A stretch of DNA of 64,000 nucleotides from a virus (IMGVR_UViG_3300002220_000519:21407-85406), one strand, 5' to 3'; numbered from the stretch's first letter, positions 8,352 through 16,984 are shown. Program-made: numbers and translations. The notes: generated from the sequence alone by a model not told the origin.

Positions 8352-10634
8352 TTACTTTTTGAATATGTTGTTAGCCAGAATGAACTGGTCAGGATAGGCC
8401 TCGACCAACTTCTCTGGGGTTAGTGTGTTGCAGGCTAAGCGTGCTAATCCCACGTGCCGCCAATCCATGAATGACCACATCTTTAATGTGTTACTCTTGG
8501 CCAGCTTGTAGCCCCACCTAAAGACGAGTTGCAAGTATACTTCGGGAGTAATGGTTACTTGTGTTAAGCCTGTAGCAACGCAGATTAGTCTATGGGTTTT
8601 GTGGTCTCTGGTCCACTTGCCAGGTACCCAGAATCTCCCGCCCTTACGTGCTGCTGCCTGTAGCCTGCGGAACTTGGAGAATGCCTTAGTGTTGTCGTGG
8701 TTCTCGAGTAGGTTCTGAGCAGCCTGACCAAAGATAGTATTGAAGAACTCGAATACTAGCTCTGCATCCTGATTGGGGGCCTTCAGGTACACACTATAGA
8801 AGCTCTTCGCCAGTATTGAGCGGGCCTGGTCTGTAATGCTTGGTATAGTTGGTAGGGCGGCAATCTTCTTCAACATATTGGTGCGCACGAAGTTGTCCCA
8901 CTCTTTACCAAGGTTAGCCATAGTCTTAGTCTCTGTTACCCTGGTGTTCCACGCCTCAAGGATGTTGTTCTTGGATACCTGCCACTTCTTTTGTCTCCAG
9001 AAGCAGCCTCTGATGTTGAAGTTCTTGCGCGCGTAGTCCCTAATGTCTCTAACGACATCATCACCACCTATGTCCATATGCTTGATGGCCTGGATGGACA
9101 TATTATAGGCGACCCCTGCGTTATTGATTAGCCCCTTAAGGTCAGCACGGTCAAAGGCCGTTTCTAACCCTATAGCTAGTTCCTGAGCTAAACACACACG
9201 CCCGATCTCCTTATATGCAGCCCGTGTTTCTAAGAACTCCTCATAAGGAGTGAGTGCCTCTTTGGCACCCTTCGCTATGGTTGGCATGGTCATCGTACCA
9301 AAATCCTTGGGCTTTAACGGCAGGTTAATGACAAAGATCAGATCCTTGTCAAAGTCCCCGTTATGATTGGTGCGCCATGAGTCAGGGTTAATACTTACTG
9401 TGTGCCAGCTAACCACCTTGTACTCAACTATTTCCTTCGGGCCATTGAGCGGGTAACGGACAACCCATACAGTGGCCGGGTTCCCCATTTTACGCTGGAC
9501 ATCAAGTGGCAGCCCTATTTCGTTGGGCTTTATAACGCGTGACGGTAGGGCTATCTCCATGAGTCCTACGTTCTTCGGCAGTGGAACCCCGCGAGATAGA
9601 TCTCTGGTTCTGATGCCCAGCAGTGTGACTGTGAAGTTGGCAAGTTCAGGTGAGAGCAACGGATTGCCGCCATTTTCGATGGCAAAGCGGGACATGGTCA
9701 GCCGATCCGCCCAGCGCGGGTTGACGAATGTATCGACTTCTGGATCGTAGTTTTCGTCGAACATAAACGTCTCACCGAGATCTATCAAGTCAAGTATGTC
9801 TGGTTGGATGTGTTCCATGTAATACTCCTGAATCTCCTCGGTCGTCCTGCCCGCTGGTACACCTGTTGACAGATAGTTTGCAACTGCTGTAATTTTGGTC
9901 ATCCAGGGCGCACCAAAGCGCTCGATAAGTTGTGTTCCATTTACTAGCAGCTGTGTTACCATGTGAGACAACCAGATACGATTAGTAGAGTAGTCATCAC
10001 CGAGTGCTACTAGCCTGAGGTCTCTGATGTCAAAGGTGATTGTACCCTGACGTTTGACACCCTTGTCGTTGCCCTTGAATGTAATTATGCTGCCCTCTAA
10101 GCCACGCTTGAAGACTATCTTTGTGCAGTTGGGCCAGATACCAGCAAACCCAGCAGCGTCTATGTTGCCTATTCTGTTCTGTGACACACCATACGCCTCC
10201 AAGATCTTGTCGAACAGGCCCTTTGGGATTGTGGTACAGCCGTCCTCGGCCCCTTCTTGCACGGTGTCTACTATCTCGGCGTCGAACTTGATTGGTACCT
10301 GGGTTGCGCGGCCAGGTTGTTGACTGACAGCTAAGGCTTTGCTACTGTCAATTGGGGCCTCTAGCGTTGGGTTCTTGGTAACCCAGACCAGCCCGGCCTT
10401 CATATCCGTCTTGCTCGTCCTCAGGAATCGTTCGCCTGGTTCCAAGACGCTCTCAGCTACATCCAGCGACACCTCAGTATGGTATTTGCTAATCTCTATA
10501 CCAACAGGTGTGTGGAAGAGCTCTTGTCCAGTTATACGTTCCCTAGTCACATGGTTAGCAACCAACCAGGCTGCCACGTGGCTGTTGACCGCGCCGAAGG
10601 GCTCAGTCTTGCGAGAGATATTAGTGTAGTTCAT
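8352..10634 (-). CDS. Single-subunit two-barrel RNA polymerase B (YonO/QDE-1-like), about 760 aa, DFDKD variant
   Basis: Motifs EDGC, TKIVF, NDKG, WLSHMVTQLL, TVWVVRYP, HNGDFDKD (9342-9362), MSIQAIK; probable start ATG 10634 (RBS AAAGGA); ORF is open to 10709. Confidence 0.8.
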   Translation of the reverse strand: MNYTNISRKTEPFGAVNSHVAAWLVANHVTRERITGQELFHTPVGIEISKYHTEVSLDVAESVLEPGERFLRTSKTDMKAGLVWVTKNPTLEAPIDSSKALAVSQQPGRATQVPIKFDAEIVDTVQEGAEDGCTTIPKGLFDKILEAYGVSQNRIGNIDAAGFAGIWPNCTKIVFKRGLEGSIITFKGNDKGVKRQGTITFDIRDLRLVALGDDYSTNRIWLSHMVTQLLVNGTQLIERFGAPWMTKITAVANYLSTGVPAGRTTEEIQEYYMEHIQPDILDLIDLGETFMFDENYDPEVDTFVNPRWADRLTMSRFAIENGGNPLLSPELANFTVTLLGIRTRDLSRGVPLPKNVGLMEIALPSRVIKPNEIGLPLDVQRKMGNPATVWVVRYPLNGPKEIVEYKVVSWHTVSINPDSWRTNHNGDFDKDLIFVINLPLKPKDFGTMTMPTIAKGAKEALTPYEEFLETRAAYKEIGRVCLAQELAIGLETAFDRADLKGLINNAGVAYNMSIQAIKHMDIGGDDVVRDIRDYARKNFNIRGCFWRQKKWQVSKNNILEAWNTRVTETKTMANLGKEWDNFVRTNMLKKIAALPTIPSITDQARSILAKSFYSVYLKAPNQDAELVFEFFNTIFGQAAQNLLENHDNTKAFSKFRRLQAAARKGGRFWVPGKWTRDHKTHRLICVATGLTQVTITPEVYLQLVFRWGYKLAKSNTLKMWSFMDWRHVGLARLACNTLTPEKLVEAYPDQFILANNIFKK

Positions 10635-10684
10635 TGGGTTCCTTTCGATTTGTTTGAAATTGTTTGTTTGAAGTTTAGATCTCT

Positions 10685-11068
10685 TTAGATCTCTTCTGCC
10701 GGATTCCAACCGTCTATGTTGAAATCCGGGGTGGTCATTGGTGCATCCAGTGTAGCCTCAGCCGTGCCGAGATAGCAGCACAATACCGAGTGCTGTATTT
10801 CGAACGCGGCCGGCCTATTGATGATGAGCCAGAAGGGCTCATACACACCAGCGGCTACCTGTCTATCGGCTGGTCTTAGGAACAGTCCATTCTGTCCATT
10901 GAGCAGTCGGCCGCCCTTCACGGCAAAGACGTTGTTAAAGGTCAGGTCTATTACGGCGACCTGTTTACCGATTGGTGTAGGCAGCCTTGTAATGGCCACC
11001 TCGGTCAACACTAGCCCCACTGGGAGACTAGTGATGGCCTTGCTTAGTCTGTGGATTTCTTTAGGCAT
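10685..11068 (-). CDS. spoVG: SpoVG-like nucleic-acid-binding protein
   Basis: LTEVAITRL...AVIDLTFNNVFAVKGGRLLNGQNGLFL...EIQHSVLCCY follows the SpoVG pattern, including GQNGLF; RBS AAGGAG. Confidence 0.7.
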   Translation of the reverse strand: MPKEIHRLSKAITSLPVGLVLTEVAITRLPTPIGKQVAVIDLTFNNVFAVKGGRLLNGQNGLFLRPADRQVAAGVYEPFWLIINRPAAFEIQHSVLCCYLGTAEATLDAPMTTPDFNIDGWNPAEEI

Positions 11069-11372
11069 GACCTTCTCCTTCAAAGATGTTTAATTGTTGT
11101 AATTTTTGTGGCTCCTGTCTGCTTCCTCCTGGTTTCCAGCCGGGTCGTGTTCTTCTTAGCACCATGGCCTTCTCCCAACTTGTGAGACCCCTAATGGAGA
11201 GCAGTTGGTAGTTCAGCCACGTTCCGTTCAACCACATCCCGTTCATCACTATGACCTTGTTTGTGACGTGGTTGACACTGACTTTGAAACTATAAGCGTC
11301 CCCCACCCTCTTGACTGCCCAGAACGACTCTATAGCCTCAAGTAGCAGGTGCCGGTATTCTATGACTGCCAT
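11061..11372 (-). CDS. Hypothetical protein
   Basis: Start reassigned to ATG 11372 (RBS GAGGAGG). Confidence 0.55.
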   Translation of the reverse strand: MAVIEYRHLLLEAIESFWAVKRVGDAYSFKVSVNHVTNKVIVMNGMWLNGTWLNYQLLSIRGLTSWEKAMVLRRTRPGWKPGGSRQEPQKLQQLNIFEGEGHA

Positions 11373-11566
11373 GATCTTATCCTCCTCATAAGTTTCTTCC
11401 AGTAGTATGGTATAATCACCACAATTAATGATAGTCCCACTATGGCGACAATTGATGCTAAAATGAGGTACCAACCTAGCCTACCAGCTGCGTTCGAATC
11501 GGTTGCGGCCAGAAAAGCACCGACCAAGAACGTGCAGAAAGCTCCGAGGGCCATGTTCTTATCCAT
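11360..11566 (-). CDS. Two-helix membrane protein
   Basis: Hydrophobic segments, basic C-terminal tail, RBS AGGAG. Confidence 0.55.
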   Translation of the reverse strand: MDKNMALGAFCTFLVGAFLAATDSNAAGRLGWYLILASIVAIVGLSLIVVIIPYYWKKLMRRIRSWQS

Positions 11567-11831
11567 TTATCTCTCCTTCTCTTTCTTTTAGGGCCAAGTC
11601 GACGACCCTGTTAATTACTGGGTTGAATATGCATGTACTGTTACTGTTGCAGCTCAGTTGATGATAGCACCCAGCACAGACCTTTTCTGCGTGGGTCTTG
11701 GCATCCTCAACCCACCCTATTCTTATCATGTTGTCCACTATTCTGGTTTGTGTTTGCAGCCACCTCACTCTCCTCATGGTAGCGGCTGTCACTCTCCTGG
11801 CCTCCCAGGACCTTGTTTCGTTCTTTGCCAT
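11559..11831 (-). CDS. Hypothetical protein with Cys cluster (CAGC...CNSNSTC)
   Basis: RBS GGAGG; overlaps the next gene in an operon-like way. Confidence 0.55.
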   Translation of the reverse strand: MAKNETRSWEARRVTAATMRRVRWLQTQTRIVDNMIRIGWVEDAKTHAEKVCAGCYHQLSCNSNSTCIFNPVINRVVDLALKEREGEING

Positions 11832-11944
11832 TATAATACCCTCCTAATTAATTTGTTGTTGTGGCACATGACGAGCACCACAATGTTACCGATGATTGGA
11901 AGTTGGGTCATTGCCAGTATTGCCTTTTTCATGGTCAGTCCTTT

Positions 11945-12160
11945 CTATTTATTGGTTGTTGTAAGATGAGCGTAAGCCTCTGCCGCGAAGTCCCTGTTGT
12001 TATCTTCTTCTTTCTCCTGCAACTCGTAAATTATGTCAAGGAAGTCCTGCGCCATCCCGACGATCTTTGGCTCCGGGCAGTGGGCTACTATGTGTTGCAA
12101 ACCCATGATGCTCCAGCTCTCTATTGAGAACTCTAGAGTTTCCATCCATGTTGCCCTCAT
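11945..12160 (-). CDS. Hypothetical acidic protein
   Basis: RBS AAAGGAG. Confidence 0.55.
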   Translation of the reverse strand: MRATWMETLEFSIESWSIMGLQHIVAHCPEPKIVGMAQDFLDIIYELQEKEEDNNRDFAAEAYAHLTTTNK

Positions 12161-12172
12161 TGTGGCTCCTTT

Positions 12173-12505
12173 CTAATAAGCCTCGTGATCAATAACGATA
12201 TCGAGGCGGTTTACCTGAACTCCCGCGGTGGGAATCCAAGTGTTAATGTAGGCTACGAGGCTGTTGGCTTCCTTTAGGACCTTGTTACAGTCCTGAATCC
12301 CCTTGTTCAGCCTCTCTAGCTGGGAGGTGGACTCTGTGCCCGCTCTCACTGCAATGTAGTCCCTTCGGGTCTTCTTCACAGTGACTAGTAGTACGGTTGC
12401 CAGTGCAAGTATCCGATCCTTGGTGCCTTGGGGCATGGGTGTGTTTGTTTCCTTCCAGTCCCAGACAAAGGACTGTAGGAGGTTGAGTAGTAACCTGTGT
12501 TCCAT
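12173..12505 (-). CDS. Hypothetical helical protein (first gene of the left arm)
   Basis: Probable start ATG 12505 (RBS AAAGGGG). Confidence 0.55.
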   Translation of the reverse strand: MEHRLLLNLLQSFVWDWKETNTPMPQGTKDRILALATVLLVTVKKTRRDYIAVRAGTESTSQLERLNKGIQDCNKVLKEANSLVAYINTWIPTAGVQVNRLDIVIDHEAY

Positions 12506-12574
12506 GATAGTTCCCCTTTCTTTGTAGTTACCTTTGCGTCCCTGTTTTTCAACCCTTTTCTCGCTCAGGGTCAT

Positions 12575-13380
12575 TTATGAACAGGCTATACAGCTCATGC
12601 ATCGACTAGGTTATGCGATCCTGTCGAAGTTAATGGCTGGCTGTATTAAGCACGCCACATGCTTACTGTCATAGTCTACTAGGGAGACCAGCTTCTTATG
12701 ACAGTGTCGTTGCCCAGCGGTACTAGCAGCCATGTGTCAGTTAAGATAGTATGGGATATGGCCTACAGATTTAGTGGTCTATGGTTGTGTCATAGCCACT
12801 CGTGATAAGGCATATAGATTACAAGGCTATATACCTGAGCTACACCTGATTATAGCATTACCGTCTATGATCGTTGGGCGTTTATCTCCCTCTTTTAGGG
12901 GTAACATTCGCACCTACTAGACCATGATTTATAGTGAGAGAATAAGGCTCACTATTGTTCATCAGCCTTTGAGGTTGCTATGCTCTATGACTGACGACGG
13001 AGTTATTATTGCTAGACATTATTAGGGAGGTTGTTACTACCTTATGACCTCGAGATCCCTTGGTCCTCTCCTCCTAAGATACCCTAGAATGTCACTCATG
13101 TTGAGACTACATCTTTCAAGGACATGTCTTCCTTGATTGATACCCATATGGGCCTGGCATACTTAAATGCTCAGCTGCATTTTAGGGACACCCGGGGGGC
13201 TCGAAACCCTAGGTTAATTCCCTTATTATTCTACTATGGTCTCAGCAAATCATTTCGTTTTTCCGGAAAATCCCTATAGAATTTTCCAAAAATCCCGGCA
13301 GCAGTCCCCAAAAAACCCCCAAAGTAATTCCAAGATTTCACCATTCCCTATCAGCTTACTTAGGTAGTCATATACTGTAG
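12575..13380. other. Long non-coding divergence region; possible genome end, packaging site or origin
   Basis: No ORF of 60 aa or more on either strand; CCCGGGGGG at about 13191-13199 followed by phased A/T/C runs at 13256-13325. Confidence 0.45.
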
Positions 13381-13385
13381 GCCTA

Positions 13386-13414
13386 TTGACTTTTAAGGTA
13401 AAATGTGGTATAAT
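13386..13414 (+). promoter_or_regulatory. Consensus sigma70/sigmaA promoter with extended -10
   Basis: TTGACT-17 bp-TATAAT preceded by TGG. Confidence 0.85.
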
Positions 13415-13439
13415 GTATATATAAATGAAAGGAAATAAA

Positions 13440-13580
13440 ATGACAGACCAAATGAAAACTAAGGTGTTTGATTGTCCTGTTCATGGGTGGGAAATACAGG
13501 CCTTCTGTTTTCGTAGTGAGCTTCCTGAAAATGCAGATCGGTGGCACAAAGCAACAATAACACTCGATGAGGAAAAATAA
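13440..13580 (+). CDS. 46-aa hypothetical protein
   Basis: RBS AAAGGA, first ORF after the promoter. Confidence 0.45.
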   Translation: MTDQMKTKVFDCPVHGWEIQAFCFRSELPENADRWHKATITLDEEK

Positions 13581-13643
13581 CTATGTTAAGTTCACTCCGG
13601 CGATTGCATAGACTTTAAATTAAAAGTATAAAGGGGGAGGGTA

Positions 13644-13820
13644 ATGATAACAGTTAAGAACCTAAGAGAGAGACTTGTAGGCCTTAATGATGATGACAGG
13701 GTGTATGCTTATGAGGGAGAGGCTACTGGGATAGTTATTGTAAGGAGAGACGAGGATGGGAAATATAACGAATTGTGCTTTATAGAAGCAGCTAATACTG
13801 TTAGAGATGAAAACAAATAA
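13644..13820 (+). CDS. 58-aa hypothetical protein
   Basis: RBS GGGAGG; MITVKNLRERLVGLNDDDRV... Confidence 0.55.
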   Translation: MITVKNLRERLVGLNDDDRVYAYEGEATGIVIVRRDEDGKYNELCFIEAANTVRDENK

Positions 13821-13835
13821 CTAAAAGGAGGGGAA

Positions 13836-14264
13836 ATGAGTAAACTAGGAACACTACTAAAGTACTTCCAAGCTACGAAGAAGGTCAATAATACTACAAC
13901 AACATACTGGAGTCCTGGTGGGGCTGACGCGCACGTATATATTGATGGTGAGGAGCAGCGTACTTGTACAGGTATAACGTACAGTATTGCGAATAAGGCT
14001 GGTCAGCTTGCGGCCAAAGGCTCACTCTTATATTCCCACCCTGATTCCCCTGGTACTTCTCGAATGAAGGGTATGCATAACATACGGCTCCAACTAAACA
14101 ACGAATGTGGAGACGCTGCACTGGTAATTGACTTCAATAAGGTGTCATTTACACTTATTGATAGTGGAATTGCAATTGATGATATAGCTATGGAAGAACT
14201 TCATTTTTTTGAAGCTAAGGGTGTTGTCTATACTAAGTCTGTTACATATAAATATTTGGATTAA
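13836..14264 (+). CDS. Displaced tail-tube-like paralogue 1
   Basis: GGADAHVYID..GITYSI..NNECG..IDDIAMEELHFFEAKGV aligns with tube 58244-58960 (SGADIILVIH..GISFSI..MNEYG..VDDITSETQMTWICRGI). Confidence 0.65.
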   Translation: MSKLGTLLKYFQATKKVNNTTTTYWSPGGADAHVYIDGEEQRTCTGITYSIANKAGQLAAKGSLLYSHPDSPGTSRMKGMHNIRLQLNNECGDAALVIDFNKVSFTLIDSGIAIDDIAMEELHFFEAKGVVYTKSVTYKYLD

Positions 14265-14486
14265 CGAGGACACATGAAAATTAAATACATGCCGGCCATC
14301 CTGCTAGTTATTACCCAGGTGAGCAGATCTGTTGGGGGCGCTCTAATAGAAGTAAGTATGGTGTGAAGCTAGTAGATACACTTAAGCAGATCAAGCAAGA
14401 GCAGCGAGCATCTATAAGTTGGAGAAAAAAGAGGGGTTACGGTGACTCTCATTTCAAATATGGCTACGTGAAGGTCGAGGTTTAAT

Positions 14487-14696
14487 ATGAAAAAGAACAT
14501 GACAATCTTTAAACTAGATGCTATAATCCAGGTTAAAGATAAGGAAGTGGCGGACAAGCTTATTAACCAAATTAGTGAGCTGCTTGAAGATGAAAGTAGA
14601 ACTGATATCGGTAGCAGCGTGGTTAACCTTCATTGGGTAGCAGATCAAGAGAAAGCCGCCAAGGAACTTAAAGCAGCATTAAAATTGTGGAGCTAA
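14487..14696 (+). CDS. Hypothetical protein
   Basis: RBS GAGG; 69-aa ORF. Confidence 0.55.
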   Translation: MKKNMTIFKLDAIIQVKDKEVADKLINQISELLEDESRTDIGSSVVNLHWVADQEKAAKELKAALKLWS

Positions 14697-14697
14697 T

Positions 14698-14901
14698 ATG
14701 ACTTGGTACCCTAAAGAAGATTTCCTATGGGATAAGGGCCTAGAAGAACAACTGCAGATAACGATAGACTCCTGTAGACTTCATTACACAAATGAAGAGA
14801 TCTATAATTACCTAGACTTATGTACGGAGCTTGGAGTTATCGCTGGCCATCATAAAACTTCGGTTAAACTACCAAGGACAGGAAGAAACGTAACTTTATA
14901 G
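14698..14901 (+). CDS. Hypothetical protein
   Basis: RBS GGAG; abuts the previous gene. Confidence 0.5.
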   Translation: MTWYPKEDFLWDKGLEEQLQITIDSCRLHYTNEEIYNYLDLCTELGVIAGHHKTSVKLPRTGRNVTL

Positions 14902-14915
14902 AAGGCGTTGCTAGG

Positions 14916-15092
14916 ATGAGTTATACAGATACCATAATGAAGATTACTGATACTGAGTCGATTGTTATTAGAGCCGAACCTGACTACGTTACAATCTTCG
15001 TAAATGATGGAGAAAACGATCAATACGCCACGGTTGTTCTAACAAAGGAACAACTGAAGGACTTGATTAGGAACCTTAATACTTTATTGTAA
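14916..15092 (+). CDS. 58-aa hypothetical protein
   Basis: Open frame filling the gap between neighbours (my translation). Confidence 0.45.
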   Translation: MSYTDTIMKITDTESIVIRAEPDYVTIFVNDGENDQYATVVLTKEQLKDLIRNLNTLL

Positions 15093-15102
15093 GGAGACTA
15101 AC

Positions 15103-15273
15103 ATGGCAAAACCAAACGGATTACCAGTACCAAAAGTACCAAAGATGAACATTAAAACAGTATCTAGTCCAAAATCAACCGGCGGTGGTTTAGCGGGGGA
15201 AAAGGCTACACTGTTAGGCGCCAAGGGTCTTAAGATACAAAAGCCACAAGAAGCATTCCCAAAAAAGAAGTAA
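15103..15273 (+). CDS. 56-aa Lys/Pro/Gly-rich basic peptide
   Basis: RBS AAGGAG; MAKPNGLPVPKVPKMNIK...PKKK. Confidence 0.55.
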   Translation: MAKPNGLPVPKVPKMNIKTVSSPKSTGGGLAGEKATLLGAKGLKIQKPQEAFPKKK

Positions 15274-15283
15274 GGAGATAAGT

Positions 15284-15745
15284 ATGAACTGGCTTAAGAA
15301 ACTGTTTAGACGGACGGTTGTGCCGGTGGCTACAGGGGGGCAAAAACCATTCCTATGCTCGGAAGATTGTCAGATATACCTGGATGGCGCCTTCATTGCA
15401 ACCATATTGAGCATACAGTTTGATGAGGATAGAATAGTATACGATGGTGGGACACTCGTGGGCTCCCATCTAGTTACGCGTAAAGCCAAAAAGACTGAAG
15501 CTGCGTTTGTTGTAACAGGAGATATTGATGAACTAATGTTTGTGCAGGTTGGTGATAATTTAGCACCGCAACTCCCAATAGATGACAAACCACGTAATAT
15601 GGAACTAAGGTTTACAATAGGAGATACGAGTCGGACTATTATATTAGAGGATTTTGTAATAGTTGGGCACTCGTATAGGTTTGACGTAGACCAATTGGTT
15701 ACAACACGAAGGCTAACCTTTAAAGCAAAAAGATTAATACTGTAG
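15284..15745 (+). CDS. Displaced tail-tube-like paralogue 2
   Basis: CSEDCQIYLDG..ILSIQF..IILEDFVIVGHSYRFDVDQLVTTRRLTFKAKRL resembles the tube-fold motifs of 58244 and 60172 (VVSIQF). Confidence 0.5.
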   Translation: MNWLKKLFRRTVVPVATGGQKPFLCSEDCQIYLDGAFIATILSIQFDEDRIVYDGGTLVGSHLVTRKAKKTEAAFVVTGDIDELMFVQVGDNLAPQLPIDDKPRNMELRFTIGDTSRTIILEDFVIVGHSYRFDVDQLVTTRRLTFKAKRLIL

Positions 15746-15752
15746 GAGGACT

Positions 15753-16070
15753 ATGGAAATCAACTTGGTCTTTCAAGAAGCCGGCAAAACCTATTCCTGT
15801 GAGTGGACAAAAACACTGTTGCCGCGTAAGGGTGATATTATACAACTACCAGACACACCATCTCTTGTTGTTAGAGTTATAGTTTTTGAAATGGATAAGG
15901 TTTTGGTTTACCTTGCAAATCCACTTGCCAAAGGTCGTGTAGTTGAGATGGTCCCAGACGGTGACTCTTTCCGCCCAGTTGCAATACAACACGTTACTAC
16001 GCTTGGTCCACTTTCACCACTTATGGAGATAAAAGATGAGTCCGATGCTACAAGCACTACTAGACCTTAA
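15753..16070 (+). CDS. Hypothetical protein
   Basis: RBS AGGAGG; LLPRKGDIIQL motif. Confidence 0.6.
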   Translation: MEINLVFQEAGKTYSCEWTKTLLPRKGDIIQLPDTPSLVVRVIVFEMDKVLVYLANPLAKGRVVEMVPDGDSFRPVAIQHVTTLGPLSPLMEIKDESDATSTTRP

Positions 16071-16344
16071 GGTACAGCTTAGTAACTTTATTGAGATGAA
16101 CCCACACCTAACCGCTGCGGAGCTTCTCCCCCTCCTAGAGTCGCAAGTAGAGGGTTGTACGGCTGTTGAGCGCTATTGTATTACAGAGACGTCACCACAC
16201 GAATATAAGATTAGCCTTTTAGCGGCCGTACCTAGTGTAACACCAACCAGCCTTAGCTTTATACTACTACCAAAGACAGAAACTGTAACACGAGAACAAC
16301 TATTCAAGAATAGACTTAAAGAGGGTAAAGGTTGGGATGATTAA
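16036..16344 (+). CDS. Hypothetical protein
   Basis: RBS GGAG; overlaps both neighbours. Confidence 0.5.
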   Translation: MSPMLQALLDLKVQLSNFIEMNPHLTAAELLPLLESQVEGCTAVERYCITETSPHEYKISLLAAVPSVTPTSLSFILLPKTETVTREQLFKNRLKEGKGWDD

Positions 16345-16984
16345 AGCCTTCCTACCAATATCTTTTGTAGACTGGGACGGGCATGTTGTCTCCGTGATAT
16401 TTATTGGCGGCTGTAATTATAATTGTCCATACTGCCATAATGAATGCCTTGCTCAAACTCCAGATAGACTTGAGACTATGGGGTTTGAGGACACAATAGA
16501 CCAACTTCAGAGATATGAAAAGTGGTTGGCTGGAGTAGTAATTACAGGTGGAGAGCCAACACATGACATAGGTCTTCCTGTTTTACTTAGAAAGATTAGA
16601 GAGCGCGTACCGGCCTGTCGTATTAAACTCGACACCAATGGATCGTATCCAGCTCGACTTAAGCTTCTAGTTGAACAAAGGTTGGTAGACTATATCGCGT
16701 TGGATGTGAAAGGGGACCGAAGTTACTATACTGAAGTGCTCGGTGTTGATGCTGAACCGGTCTTCGAAAGTATTAAGTATGTTATGAACTGCGGGCTATC
16801 ATATGAGTTTAGAACAACATATTACCCAGCTGTTAATCTTGAAAATGTTGGAAAGCTTATTAAAGGCGCCGAGCGTTGGTCTATACAGAGACTTGTGATT
16901 GAGCAGCATAGACAAGATTTTGTACCAGTAGAGAAACTAGAATCCGATAACGCACACTTTGTTAAAACACTAAAAATTAGATAA
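16337..16984 (+). CDS. nrdG: Anaerobic ribonucleotide reductase activating radical-SAM protein
   Basis: SFVDWDG..IFIGGCNYNCPYCHN (CxxxCxxC), VVITGGEPT, KLDTNGS, DYIALDVKG, YEFRTT. Confidence 0.9.
   Translation: MIKAFLPISFVDWDGHVVSVIFIGGCNYNCPYCHNECLAQTPDRLETMGFEDTIDQLQRYEKWLAGVVITGGEPTHDIGLPVLLRKIRERVPACRIKLDTNGSYPARLKLLVEQRLVDYIALDVKGDRSYYTEVLGVDAEPVFESIKYVMNCGLSYEFRTTYYPAVNLENVGKLIKGAERWSIQRLVIEQHRQDFVPVEKLESDNAHFVKTLKIR

Noticed and set aside
4035-10634. Reading the two large ORFs as split beta and beta-prime subunits of one multisubunit RNAP
   Set aside because: They are collinear paralogues, and both carry the N-terminal DG/K motifs and the RxP..DxDxD motif, so each looks like a complete two-barrel enzyme.
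4035-10634. Calling them RNA-dependent (RNAi-type) polymerases
   Set aside because: The motifs are shared with QDE-1, but the characterised phage member YonO is DNA-dependent; template preference cannot be read from sequence.
16337-16984. nrdG without nrdD as a novelty
   Set aside because: The partner may lie outside this window; phage nrdG is common.
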